DNA of 32,000 nt from contig NC_000962.3 of the NCBI RefSeq assembly GCF_000195955.2, positions 870,001 through 902,000 of the forward strand, in the 5' to 3' direction. Positions 1-11,076 of the stretch are shown here, piece by piece. The first letter of the stretch is position 1. Every line of letters starts with the position of its first letter. A program made the position numbers and the translations under genes. This DNA is from Mycobacterium tuberculosis H37Rv. Lineage in GTDB: Bacteria; Actinomycetota; Actinomycetes; Mycobacteriales; Mycobacteriaceae. The notes below the pieces were generated by a model. It saw only the letters and a list, made by a program, of their open reading frames with translations, did no database searches and was not told where the DNA came from.

Positions 1-7
1 GGGCCAA

Positions 8-1426
8 GTGAGCATTCCCAACGTGCTGGCCACCCGATACGCCAGCGCCGAGATGGTCGCGATCTGGTCGCCGGAGGCCAAGGTGGTCTCGGAGCGGCGG
101 TTATGGCTGGCCGTATTGCGGGCACAGGCAGAGCTGGGGGTAGCGGTTGCCGATTCGGTGCTCGCCGACTACGAACGTGTGGTCGACGATGTGGACTTGG
201 CCTCGATCTCAGCCCGGGAGCGGGTGCTGCGCCACGATGTCAAGGCCCGCATCGAGGAATTCAACGCATTGGCCGGTCATGAGCACGTGCACAAGGGGAT
301 GACCAGCCGCGACCTGACCGAGAACGTGGAGCAACTGCAGATTCGGCGGTCGCTGGAAGTGATTTTCGCCCATGGGGTGGCGGCGGTGGCGCGGCTGGCC
401 GAGCGGGCGGTGAGCTACCGTGACCTGATCATGGCCGGGCGCAGCCACAACGTGGCCGCTCAGGCCACCACCTTGGGCAAGCGGTTCGCCTCGGCGGCCC
501 AAGAGATGATGATCGCGTTGAGGCGGTTGAGGGAGTTGATCGACCGCTACCCCCTGCGTGGCATCAAGGGCCCGATGGGCACCGGTCAGGACATGCTCGA
601 TCTGCTGGGCGGTGACCGTGCGGCGCTGGCCGATCTCGAGCGGCGCGTCGCCGACTTCTTGGGCTTTGCAACTGTTTTCAACAGCGTGGGGCAGGTGTAT
701 CCGCGTTCATTGGACCACGACGTGGTTTCGGCTCTGGTGCAGCTCGGCGCGGGGCCGTCATCACTGGCACACACGATTCGATTGATGGCCGGCCACGAGC
801 TCGCCACCGAGGGTTTCGCGCCGGGTCAGGTCGGTTCGTCGGCGATGCCGCACAAGATGAACACCCGCAGCTGCGAACGGGTCAACGGGCTGCAGGTTGT
901 GCTACGCGGCTATGCATCCATGGTGGCCGAGTTAGCCGGTGCACAGTGGAACGAGGGTGATGTGTTTTGCTCCGTGGTGCGCCGGGTTGCGTTGCCGGAC
1001 AGCTTCTTTGCCGTCGACGGGCAGATCGAGACGTTTTTGACGGTGCTGGACGAGTTCGGCGCCTACCCGGCGGTGATCGGCCGCGAGTTGGATCGTTATC
1101 TGCCGTTCCTGGCCACCACTAAGGTGCTAATGGCGGCCGTGCGCGCGGGGATGGGTCGCGAGTCCGCGCACCGGTTGATCTCCGAGCACGCGGTGGCGAC
1201 GGCGCTGGCCATGCGAGAACACGGCGCGGAGCCCGACCTGCTGGACCGGTTGGCCGCCGATCCGCGGCTGACGCTGGGACGAGACGCTTTGGAGGCCGCG
1301 CTGGCCGACAAGAAGGCATTTGCCGGTGCCGCGGGTGACCAGGTCGATGATGTGGTCGCGATGGTGGACGCGCTGGTGAGCCGTTACCCGGACGCGGCTA
1401 AATACACGCCGGGTGCAATTCTTTAG
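8..1426 (+). CDS. purB: Adenylosuccinate lyase
   Basis: 472-aa ORF with the fumarase/aspartase superfamily signature '[23 protein letters not shown]'. Confidence 0.95.
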
Positions 1427-1430
1427 TGTC

Positions 1431-2675
1431 ATGACTACCGCCGCCGGGCTTTCGGGCATCGATCTGACCGATCTGGACAACTTCGCCGACGGCTTCCCCC
1501 ATCACCTCTTCGCCATCCACCGTCGTGAAGCGCCGGTGTATTGGCATCGGCCGACCGAGCACACCCCGGACGGGGAGGGCTTCTGGTCGGTGGCTACCTA
1601 CGCCGAAACCCTTGAGGTGTTACGTGATCCGGTGACCTATTCGTCGGTCACCGGGGGCCAACGTCGGTTTGGGGGCACGGTGCTGCAGGATCTGCCGGTC
1701 GCCGGCCAGGTGCTCAACATGATGGATGATCCCCGGCACACCCGTATCCGGCGGTTGGTCAGCTCGGGCTTGACACCACGGATGATCCGGCGGGTCGAAG
1801 ACGATCTGCGCCGCCGGGCGCGTGGATTGCTCGATGGCGTAGAACCCGGAGCGCCTTTCGACTTCGTGGTCGAGATCGCTGCCGAATTGCCCATGCAGAT
1901 GATCTGCATTCTGCTGGGTGTGCCGGAGACGGATCGACATTGGTTGTTCGAGGCGGTTGAGCCGGGATTCGATTTCCGCGGCTCCCGCAGGGCGACGATG
2001 CCGAGGCTGAACGTCGAGGATGCCGGATCGCGGTTATACACCTACGCATTGGAGCTGATCGCCGGTAAACGCGCCGAACCTGCCGACGACATGCTGTCCG
2101 TCGTCGCCAACGCTACCATCGACGATCCGGACGCGCCGGCGCTGTCCGACGCCGAACTGTACCTGTTCTTCCATCTACTGTTCAGCGCCGGCGCGGAAAC
2201 CACCCGTAACTCCATTGCCGGCGGGCTGCTGGCGCTGGCCGAGAACCCTGACCAACTGCAAACGCTGCGAAGCGATTTTGAGTTGTTGCCGACTGCGATC
2301 GAAGAGATCGTGAGGTGGACGTCGCCGTCACCATCGAAGCGGCGCACGGCGTCCCGTGCGGTCAGCCTGGGCGGCCAGCCGATCGAGGCGGGTCAGAAGG
2401 TTGTGGTGTGGGAGGGCTCGGCCAACCGTGATCCCAGCGTGTTCGACCGCGCGGACGAGTTCGATATCACCCGAAAACCCAATCCGCACCTGGGTTTCGG
2501 TCAGGGGGTGCACTATTGCCTGGGCGCCAATCTGGCTCGGCTGGAACTGCGGGTGCTGTTCGAGGAACTCTTGTCCCGCTTTGGCTCAGTGCGGGTGGTG
2601 GAACCCGCGGAATGGACACGTAGCAACCGGCATACCGGCATCCGGCACCTAGTCGTTGAATTGCGCGGAGGCTAG
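1431..2675 (+). CDS. cyp126: Cytochrome P450 (CYP126 type)
   Basis: I-helix '[12 protein letters not shown]' and heme-binding loop '[17 protein letters not shown]'. Start placed at ATG 1431 (MTTAAGLS); the longer ORF begins at 1413. Confidence 0.92.
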
Positions 2676-3292
2676 TCCCCGCGCAGCGGGATTCCGGCGG
2701 CCCGCAACTCGAGCGCGGCCAGCGCACGCATGGTGGCGGGATCCTCTCGTCGCCAGGCGCCGACCGGATCGGTGCTGACGGCGGCCAGTTTGCCCGGCGG
2801 CCGGTTCGCCAATGCGCGCAGCGCCAGCAGCTGGCGACCGGCTGGGGTCGCCGCCAGGGTGGTAACGGTCCACTTGCGCCGGCAGAACCGCAGCCGCAGG
2901 AACAGCCAGGGCATGGCCACGGCAAGAATCGGCGTCGCGGCGACCGCCAGCGCGAGCACTACCGCAAGCCAGCCGGCCGTGGTGTCCAGGTTGTGGCCGG
3001 CGCCGGCGATGTCAAGGGCGGCCTGGCTTGCGGCGGTGATGGGGTTGCTGAGCGCGTCGCCCACCACCGGGATACGCTGGGCGTCCTGGCCCGCGGCCGC
3101 CAGGTTGCCGGCAATCCCGTGCGAGCCGATTTCGATTTGGCGGCCGGCCTCGCCGATTATCGAGATGGCGTCGTGCACGGCGAGGCCGACGAGCATCCAT
3201 AGCGTCGTCCACACCGCGACAGTGATATCGCTGATCAGTTGGGCCAGCAGTCGGCCGGGCGTGGTGGCATACGGCAAGAAGCGCGATCTCAT
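2672..3292 (-). CDS. Conserved membrane protein of unknown function
   Basis: Two hydrophobic segments ([17 protein letters not shown]; [26 protein letters not shown]). Start placed at 3292 ([13 protein letters not shown]); the longer ORF to 3517 has no hydrophobic or conserved look upstream. Confidence 0.75.
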
Positions 3293-3342
3293 ACCAGAGA
3301 TACCAGCACAGGGCGCCGTCGTGCGGCGGATAGGCTGGCGCG

Positions 3343-4236
3343 ATGCGCCCCGCATTGTCCGACTACCAGCATGTGGCCAGCGGTAAGGTCCGCGAGATCT
3401 ACCGTGTCGATGACGAGCACCTGCTGCTGGTTGCCAGCGACCGGATCTCGGCGTACGACTACGTCCTGGACAGCACCATCCCGGACAAGGGCCGCGTCCT
3501 GACCGCCATGAGCGCATTCTTCTTCGGGCTCGTCGATGCCCCTAACCATCTGGCCGGGCCGCCGGACGACCCGCGTATCCCCGACGAGGTGCTGGGCCGC
3601 GCGCTGGTGGTGCGTCGGCTGGAGATGCTGCCGGTGGAATGTGTGGCCCGTGGCTACCTGACCGGTTCGGGGTTACTGGATTACCAGGCAACCGGGAAGG
3701 TATGCGGTATCGCGCTGCCGCCGGGCCTGGTCGAGGCCAGTCGGTTCGCCACACCGCTGTTCACCCCGGCGACTAAAGCCGCGTTGGGGGACCACGACGA
3801 GAACATCTCGTTTGACCGGGTGGTGGAGATGGTAGGCGCGTTGCGTGCCAACCAGCTGCGTGATCGTACTCTGCAGACGTATGTGCAGGCCGCCGATCAC
3901 GCTCTCACCCGCGGAATCATTATCGCCGACACCAAGTTTGAATTTGGCATCGACCGCCACGGCAACCTGCTGCTGGCCGACGAAATCTTCACACCGGACT
4001 CGTCGCGGTACTGGCCTGCCGACGACTACCGGGCCGGCGTGGTCCAGACCAGCTTCGACAAACAGTTTGTCCGCAGCTGGCTCACCGGCTCCGAGTCCGG
4101 CTGGGATAGAGGCAGCGATCGGCCGCCGCCTCCGCTCCCCGAGCATATCGTCGAGGCCACGCGTGCCCGTTATATTAATGCATACGAACGGATTTCCGAA
4201 CTAAAATTCGACGACTGGATCGGCCCTGGCGCATGA
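3343..4236 (+). CDS. purC: Phosphoribosylaminoimidazole-succinocarboxamide synthase
   Basis: 297 aa with SAICAR synthetase hallmarks '[26 protein letters not shown]' and '[11 protein letters not shown]'-like '[14 protein letters not shown]'. Confidence 0.95.
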
Positions 4237-4943
4237 TGCACCGAACCGCACTACCCTCACCGCCCGTGGCCAAGCGGGTGCAGACCCGCCGGGAGCACCA
4301 CGGCGACGTCTTTGTCGACCCATATGAATGGTTGCGCGACAAGGACAGCCCTGAAGTAATCGCCTACCTCGAAGCTGAAAACGACTACACCGAACGGACC
4401 ACCGCGCACCTTGAGCCATTGCGGCAAAAGATCTTCCACGAAATCAAAGCGCGTACCAAGGAAACCGACTTATCGGTGCCGACGCGACGTGGCAACTGGT
4501 GGTACTACGCGCGGACCTTTGAGGGAAAGCAGTATGGCGTACACTGTCGTTGCCCGGTAACCGATCCCGACGACTGGAACCCACCAGAGTTCGACGAGCG
4601 CACCGAAATACCCGGTGAACAGCTTCTGCTCGACGAGAACGTGGAAGCTGACGGCCACGACTTCTTCGCACTGGGCGCGGCCAGCGTCAGCCTGGACGAT
4701 AACCTCTTAGCGTATTCCGTTGATGTCGTAGGTGACGAACGATATACCTTGCGGTTCAAGGATTTACGCACCGGAGAACAGTACCCGGACGAGATCGCCG
4801 GGATCGGAGCGGGAGTCACCTGGGCAGCTGACAACCACTGTCTACTACACCACCGTGGACGCGGCCTGGCGTCCGGACACAGTGTGGCGATACCGACTAG
4901 GGTCCGGCGAATCGTCGGAGCGGGTTTACCACGAAGCCGATGA
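4233..4943 (+). pseudogene. ptrBa: Oligopeptidase B N-terminal part, S9A beta-propeller (5' half of frameshifted gene)
   Basis: Prolyl oligopeptidase N-terminal sequence (DPYEWLRDKDSPEVIAYLEAENDYTE). Homology stops at 'TWAADN' around 4835 and continues in another frame. Confidence 0.85.
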
Positions 4944-6390
4944 TCGGTTCTGGCTCGCGGTGGGGCGTACTCGCAGCAACGCCTATCTGCTGATTGCGGC
5001 GGGGTCGTCCATCACTTCGGAGGTCCGTTACGCGCACGCGGCAGATCCGACAGCGCAGTTCAGCGTGGTGCTGCCGCGCCGCGACGGCGTCGAGTACTCG
5101 GTGGAGCATGCGGTCATAGCTGGCCAGGACCGGTTTCTGATCCTGCACAACGACGGCGCGGTGAACTTCACACTGGTAGAGGCCCCGGTCGAGGATCCTG
5201 CGCGGCAACGCACCCTCATCGCCCACCGCGACGACGTCCGACTCGACGCGGTGGATGCCTTGGCCGGCCATCTGGTAGTCAGCTATCGGCGCGAGGCGCT
5301 GCCGCGGGTTCAACTGTGGCCGATCGGGCCTGACGGAAACTATGGTGAGCCCGAAGAGATCTCGTTCGACTCCGAGCTGATGTCGGCCGGACTGGGGCCC
5401 AACCCCAACTGGGATTCGCCCAAACTGCGGGTCGGTGCCGGATCTTTCGTCACCCCGGTGCGGATCTACGACATCGACCTGGTCACTGGCGAGCGTACCT
5501 TGCTGAAAGAACAGCCCGTACTGGGCGGCTACCGCCGCGAAGACTATGTGGAGCGGCGTGACTGGGCGTACGGAGACGACGGCACCCGGATCCCGGTCTC
5601 GATAGTGCACCGAGCCGATATCGAATTCCCGGCACCTGCGTTGATCTATGGCTACGGCGCCTACGAGATCTGTGAGGATCCGCGGTTTTCCATCGCTCGG
5701 TTGTCGCTGCTGGATCGCGGGATGGTGTTCGTCGTCGCCCACGTTCGCGGCGGCGGTGAGATGGGCAGGCTGTGGTATGAAAACGGCAAGCTACTGGACA
5801 AGAAGAACACGTTCACCGACTTCATCGCGGTGGCAAGACATCTGGTGGACACGGGACTTACTTCCCAGCAGCAGCTGGTGGCATTGGGGGGTAGCGCGGG
5901 CGGTCTGCTGATGGGCGCGGTGGCCAACATGGCACCGGATCTCTTCGCCGGAATCCTTGCGCAGGTGCCGTTCGTGGACCCGCTGACCACCATCTTGGAT
6001 CCATCGTTGCCGCTGACCGTCACCGAGTGGGACGAATGGGGAAATCCGTTGAACGACAGCGATGTCTATGCCTATGTGAAATCGTATTCGCCGTACGAGA
6101 ACGTCACGGCCCAAAAGTACCCGGCCATCCTGGCAATGACGTCGCTGAACGACACCAGGGTCTATTACGTGGAGCCGGCCAAGTGGGTGGCCGCGTTGCG
6201 GCACGCCAAGACCGACGGCAATTCCGTGCTGTTGAAGACCCAGATGCACGCCGGTCATGGTGGGATCAGTGGCCGCTACGAGCGCTGGAAGGAGACCGCG
6301 TTTCAATACGGGTGGTTGCTAGCTACTGCCGACAGCGACCGTTACGGCGGCGGCCAGGGAAACGACCTCGATGGCGCTGCGCCAGCATAG
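4834..6390 (+). pseudogene. ptrBb: Oligopeptidase B C-terminal part (S9A catalytic domain, 3' half of frameshifted gene)
   Basis: Ser active site 'GGSAGGLLMGAVANM', 'GYGAYE' and 'MHAGHGGISGRYE' are present. The frame opens upstream (ORF 4732..6390), but oligopeptidase-like sequence starts around 4837 (TVYYTTVDAAWRPDTVWRY). Confidence 0.85.
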
Positions 6391-6610
6391 CCGGTGGGAT
6401 CGGCCATTCGGGATGCGTAGACATTGGCTCCGAACATGGCCAGCATCAGCGCCAGCGAGCATACCGCCGCTGCCATGCGGGTGTCGGGCAGCAACAGGCC
6501 CACGGCGACCAGGAGCCTCCAGCGCACCGGTGATGGTGACCAGCAGGCCGGGCGCAAGCAGCCCGGGTGAAACGATGGCGATGAGGTGGCCGCGCAGGGG
6601 CGGCGTGAAG
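6342..6610 (-). pseudogene. DoxX-family-like membrane protein remnant, frameshifted
   Basis: Minus-strand translation reads 'PPLRGHLIAIVSPGLLAPGLLVTITGALE' and then, after a one-base shift near 6516-6521, 'LLVAVGLLLPDTRMAAAVCSLALMLAMFGANVYAS'. This resembles the DoxX TM2/TM3 pattern. There is no start codon context. Confidence 0.5.
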
Positions 6611-6613
6611 TGA

Positions 6614-6829
6614 GCTCGGCTGCTCGACGGCTCCGATTCCGAACTGGTCGACGCCGAGACCGCCGCTGCCGCCGAGCTGGCGCGCGGGGTGGCGGCGCTG
6701 CGCGATCCCAACGCCCGGGCGAATCCGGCGGGTGCCGAGCTGGCGACCTGGTCGCTGGTGCACGGCTTTTCGACGCTGTGGCTCGACGATGCGGTCAACG
6801 CTGACGTGAAGCAGACGTCATGCGGATAG
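6614..6829 (+). pseudogene. TetR-family C-terminal (WHG-like) domain remnant
   Basis: Open frame without a start: 'ARLLDGSDSELVDAETAAAAELARGVAALRDPNARANPAGAELATWSLVHGFSTLWLDDAVNADVKQTSCG*'. 'WSLVHGFSTLWLDDA' matches the WHG-type TetR C-domain pattern. No N-terminal HTH is present. Confidence 0.5.
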
Positions 6830-8455
6830 CAACGGTGCTCTTCGATGACTAGCCTGCTGTTTCGGCAGGAATGCCGCGGGGATCAGCGTCGAGACCACTA
6901 GCGCGGTCGCTATCACGAATACCACCGCGTAGGCGTGCGAAAGGTCATGCAGCAGTTGGGCCGCGAAGTTGGTTTGGCGCGGTAGCGAGGAAGGGTCAAC
7001 CGCCGCCCCCCGCCCGGCGCCACTCTCTGGGGTCAGTGCGACTTTCTTTGCAGTAGCGATGATTTCGCTGTGATTGAACTGGTAGGTGAGCAGCACCGAC
7101 ATCAGTGCGGTCCCTATCGAACCGCCCACCTGCTGGTTGACGCTGATCAGCGTCGAACCGCGAGCGATCTGATGTGGGGCCAGGGTCTGCACTGCCGCCC
7201 CGGACAGTGGCATCATGGAGCAGCCCATGCCCATGCCCATGATTGCCAGCCCGGTCGGCAGAATGGGTAAGTAGTCCGCTTGCCGCGCGACACCAAAGGC
7301 GAAGGTGCCCAACCCCGCAGCGATCAGCATGATCCCAACCAGCACGATCTTGGCCGGTCCCCGTCGGTCCATCATCGCTCCGGCGATCGGCATCGCCAGC
7401 ATGGCACCGAGGCCCTGTGGGATGATATGCACCCCCGATTGCATCGGTGATTGGTGCAACACTTGCTGGAGGTAGCTCGGGAGCAGCAAGAAGGAGCCAA
7501 ACAGCCCGAGGGAGAGCACCGTCATCGTCATGTTGGCCTGCGCGACCGCTCGGTTCTGGAACAAGCGCATGTCTATGAGCGGATGTTCTGTGCGGTACCA
7601 CGAATGTGCGACGAATGCCGCGATCAACGCCAGGCCGGTGATCGCCGGTATCAACACGTGCCGATCGGCCATCGTTCCACGGGCGGGGCTAGATGACACC
7701 CCGAACAGGAAGGTCGCCAGGCCCGGCGACAGCAACAAGAGGCCCATGTAGTCGAAGTTTTCCGACGCTGCCGGGCGATCTCTTGGGAACACGATCGCCG
7801 CCAAGACGAGCGCGGACAGCCCGACCGGCAGGTTGACCAAGAAAATCCAACGCCAGCCGTAGGCCCCGATGAGCCAACCACCCAGGATCGGCCCACCGAC
7901 CGGGCCGAGCAGCATCGGAATGCCCACCACCGCCATCACGCGCCCCAGCCGCTTCGGGCCCGCCTCACGGGCCAAGATGGCAAAGGACACCGGCGTCAGC
8001 ATGCCCCCACCGAAACCCTGGACAACACGAAATATGATGAGCAGCAAGATGTTTGGTGCTACTGCGCACAGCAGTGAGCCGAGGGTGAACGCCAATACCG
8101 AACCCATGAAAAGCCGCCTGGTGCCGAACCGGTCGGCCGCCCAACCGGCTGTCGGGATCACAGTGGCCAACGCGAGCATGTAGCCGGTCATGGTCCAGGC
8201 CACGACGGCCTGGGTGGACCCGAAATCGGCAACGAAGGTGCGTTGCGCGACGCTGACCACGGTGACGTCCACATGTGCCATCACCGAGGCCAGGACACAC
8301 ACTCCGGCGGTCCGAAGCAACCCCACATCGAGCCTATCGGGATAGCTGCGTTGGCCAGAGCGGGGCCGCCCCGCGGGGGTGATGGGCACCGGGGCATCGC
8401 CTTCCGCGGGACACGCTTCAACCATGGCGTTGCCGAGCATATCGATACCGGTCAC
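6818..8455 (-). CDS. emrB: MFS DHA2-type multidrug efflux transporter (EmrB/QacA)
   Basis: About 14 hydrophobic segments. 'WVMTGYMLALA'-like 'WTMTGYMLALATVIPTAGWAADRFGTRR' and 'GPVGGPILGGWL' motif C. An alternative start is at 8440 (MLGNAMV). Confidence 0.9.
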   Translation of the reverse strand: MTGIDMLGNAMVEACPAEGDAPVPITPAGRPRSGQRSYPDRLDVGLLRTAGVCVLASVMAHVDVTVVSVAQRTFVADFGSTQAVVAWTMTGYMLALATVIPTAGWAADRFGTRRLFMGSVLAFTLGSLLCAVAPNILLLIIFRVVQGFGGGMLTPVSFAILAREAGPKRLGRVMAVVGIPMLLGPVGGPILGGWLIGAYGWRWIFLVNLPVGLSALVLAAIVFPRDRPAASENFDYMGLLLLSPGLATFLFGVSSSPARGTMADRHVLIPAITGLALIAAFVAHSWYRTEHPLIDMRLFQNRAVAQANMTMTVLSLGLFGSFLLLPSYLQQVLHQSPMQSGVHIIPQGLGAMLAMPIAGAMMDRRGPAKIVLVGIMLIAAGLGTFAFGVARQADYLPILPTGLAIMGMGMGCSMMPLSGAAVQTLAPHQIARGSTLISVNQQVGGSIGTALMSVLLTYQFNHSEIIATAKKVALTPESGAGRGAAVDPSSLPRQTNFAAQLLHDLSHAYAVVFVIATALVVSTLIPAAFLPKQQASHRRAPLLSA

Positions 8456-8619
8456 GGGTACCGCGCGAGGATGTCGGGCGGTGCTTGGTTCCGGCGTCGG
8501 GTCATGGCCCTGGCGCCGAGCCGACGTGCGCTCGTTCTGCGCTGGTCAGGGTCCAGATATACGCCTGCTGTCCGCGTGTCCTTCACCGTCCGGAAACCTG
8601 GAATCGGCAGACTGCAAGC

Positions 8620-9324
8620 GTGTCTGGAAAACTGCTCGTGTCGGTCTCGGGGATAGGTGAGAGCACCCTGGCCGATGTCGACGCGTTCTGCGCGGAAATG
8701 GACGCCCGCTCGGTGCCGGTATCGTTGCTGGTGGCTCCGCGTATGCGCGATGACTACCGGCTCGACCGCGACCCACGCACCGTCGACTGGCTGACCGGTC
8801 GCCGGGCCGCCGGCGACGCTCTGGTACTGCATGGCTACGACGAAGCGGCCACCAAGAGGCGGCGCGGCGAATTCGCAATGCTGCGCGCACACGAGGCCAA
8901 CCTGCGGCTGATGGCCGCCGACCGGGTGCTCGAACACCTTGGGCTGCGAACCCGACTGTTTGCGGCACCGGGCTGGCTGGTATCACCAGGTGTCCGTACA
9001 GCGTTGCCGGCCAATGGATTTCGGCTGCTTGCGGATCTCCATGGAATCACGGATCTGGTTCGGCTCACCACCGTGCGTGCCCGCGTGCTGGGCATCGGCG
9101 AGGGTTTCCTGGCGGAGCCCTGGTGGTGCCGGATGGTGGTGATGTCGGCCGAGCGGATCGCCCGGCGTGGGGGCGTCGTCCGGATTGCGGTGGCCGCCCG
9201 TCATTTGCGCAAGTCCGGTCCGCTGCAGGCGATGCTCGATGCCGTCGACCTGGCGATGCTGCAGGGGTGCACACCGATGGTGTACCGGTGGCGAGCCGAT
9301 GCGGCGGTACTCGACGCGGCCTGA
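8620..9324 (+). CDS. DUF2334-like / polysaccharide deacetylase-fold conserved protein
   Basis: 'SGKLLVSVSGIG...ADVDAFCAEMDARSVPVSLLVAP...ALVLHGYD' resembles the beta/alpha barrel of DUF2334. GTG start at 8620 is preferred over the 8485 extension, which is low-complexity and partly runs opposite emrB upstream DNA. Confidence 0.65.
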   Translation: MSGKLLVSVSGIGESTLADVDAFCAEMDARSVPVSLLVAPRMRDDYRLDRDPRTVDWLTGRRAAGDALVLHGYDEAATKRRRGEFAMLRAHEANLRLMAADRVLEHLGLRTRLFAAPGWLVSPGVRTALPANGFRLLADLHGITDLVRLTTVRARVLGIGEGFLAEPWWCRMVVMSAERIARRGGVVRIAVAARHLRKSGPLQAMLDAVDLAMLQGCTPMVYRWRADAAVLDAA

Positions 9325-9339
9325 CCGAGCGCCTGATCG

Positions 9340-11040
9340 GTGGCGTTAACCTGTACCGACATGAGCGATGCTGTAGCCGGTTCAGATGCCGAGGGGCTCA
9401 CCGCTGATGCCATTGTCGTGGGAGCCGGATTAGCGGGCCTGGTAGCCGCTTGTGAGTTGGCCGACCGCGGCCTACGGGTGCTGATCCTCGACCAGGAGAA
9501 TCGGGCCAACGTGGGCGGGCAGGCCTTCTGGTCGTTCGGCGGTTTGTTCTTGGTCAACAGTCCCGAGCAGCGCCGCTTGGGCATCCGTGATAGCCATGAG
9601 CTTGCTCTGCAGGATTGGCTGGGGACGGCGGCGTTCGACCGGCCCGAGGACTACTGGCCCGAACAATGGGCGCATGCTTACGTCGATTTCGCGGCGGGGG
9701 AGAAGCGCAGCTGGCTGCGGGCCCGCGGGCTGAAGATCTTTCCGCTGGTGGGCTGGGCCGAGCGTGGTGGTTACGACGCGCAGGGGCACGGCAACTCGGT
9801 GCCCCGTTTCCACATCACCTGGGGTACTGGGCCGGCTCTGGTCGACATATTCGTGCGTCAGCTGCGTGATCGCCCCACGGTGCGCTTTGCGCACCGCCAC
9901 CAGGTCGACAAACTGATCGTCGAGGGTAACGCGGTGACAGGCGTTCGGGGTACCGTGCTGGAGCCCTCGGATGAGCCGCGCGGCGCGCCTTCGTCGCGAA
10001 AGTCTGTGGGGAAATTCGAGTTTCGCGCGTCAGCGGTGATCGTCGCCAGTGGTGGTATCGGTGGCAATCATGAGCTGGTGCGCAAAAACTGGCCGAGACG
10101 GATGGGCCGCATTCCCAAGCAACTGTTGAGCGGGGTGCCCGCGCACGTTGATGGCAGGATGATCGGCATCGCTCAAAAGGCCGGGGCTGCGGTGATCAAT
10201 CCGGACCGGATGTGGCATTACACCGAAGGCATTACCAACTACGACCCGATCTGGCCGCGGCACGGTATCCGGATTATTCCGGGGCCGTCGTCGCTATGGC
10301 TGGATGCCGCGGGCAAGCGGTTGCCGGTACCGTTGTTTCCCGGGTTCGACACCCTCGGCACATTGGAGTACATCACCAAGTCTGGACATGACTACACCTG
10401 GTTCGTGTTGAATGCCAAGATAATCGAGAAGGAATTCGCGCTGTCCGGTCAGGAGCAGAACCCTGACTTGACCGGTCGGCGCCTGGGCCAGCTGTTGCGC
10501 TCTCGGGCTCACGCCGGCCCGCCCGGACCGGTGCAGGCATTCATCGATCGTGGTGTGGACTGCGTCCACGCGAACTCGTTGCGCGAGTTGGTGGCCGCGA
10601 TGAACGAGTTGCCCGATGTGGTGCCGCTGGACTACGAGACGGTGGCAGCCGCGGTCACTGCGCGCGATCGTGAGGTGGTCAATAAGTACAGCAAGGATGG
10701 ACAGATCACCGCGATTCGTGCCGCTCGCCGCTACCGAGGCGACCGATTTGGCCGGGTGGTGGCGCCACATCGGTTGACCGATCCGAAGGCCGGGCCGCTG
10801 ATCGCGGTCAAGCTGCACATCCTGACTCGAAAGACGTTGGGTGGCATCGAAACTGACTTAGATGCTCGGGTGCTCAAGGCCGACGGTACGCCACTGGCCG
10901 GGTTGTATGCAGCCGGCGAGGTCGCCGGGTTCGGCGGGGGCGGTGTCCATGGCTACCGGGCCTTGGAGGGCACCTTCCTGGGTGGATGCATATTTTCCGG
11001 CCGCGCTGCCGGCCGCGGGGCCGCCGAGGATATCCGCTAG
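9340..11040 (+). CDS. FAD-binding dehydrogenase (fumarate reductase/3-ketosteroid dehydrogenase-like)
   Basis: N-terminal FAD Rossmann 'ADAIVVGAGLAGLVAACELADRGLRVLILDQE' and C-terminal 'GLYAAGEVAGFGGGGVHGYRALEGTFLGGCIFSGRAAG'. A likely alternative start is ATG 9361. Confidence 0.9.
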   Translation: MALTCTDMSDAVAGSDAEGLTADAIVVGAGLAGLVAACELADRGLRVLILDQENRANVGGQAFWSFGGLFLVNSPEQRRLGIRDSHELALQDWLGTAAFDRPEDYWPEQWAHAYVDFAAGEKRSWLRARGLKIFPLVGWAERGGYDAQGHGNSVPRFHITWGTGPALVDIFVRQLRDRPTVRFAHRHQVDKLIVEGNAVTGVRGTVLEPSDEPRGAPSSRKSVGKFEFRASAVIVASGGIGGNHELVRKNWPRRMGRIPKQLLSGVPAHVDGRMIGIAQKAGAAVINPDRMWHYTEGITNYDPIWPRHGIRIIPGPSSLWLDAAGKRLPVPLFPGFDTLGTLEYITKSGHDYTWFVLNAKIIEKEFALSGQEQNPDLTGRRLGQLLRSRAHAGPPGPVQAFIDRGVDCVHANSLRELVAAMNELPDVVPLDYETVAAAVTARDREVVNKYSKDGQITAIRAARRYRGDRFGRVVAPHRLTDPKAGPLIAVKLHILTRKTLGGIETDLDARVLKADGTPLAGLYAAGEVAGFGGGGVHGYRALEGTFLGGCIFSGRAAGRGAAEDIR

Positions 11041-11044
11041 TTGT

Positions 11045-11076
11045 GGCCGCTTGACATAGGAGCTATTGCTCGCGCT
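11045..11076. repeat. 32-nt dispersed repeat, copy A
   Basis: GGCCGCTTGACATAGGAGCTATTGCTCGCGCT, 31/32 identical to copy B at 21434..21465. Confidence 0.95.
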
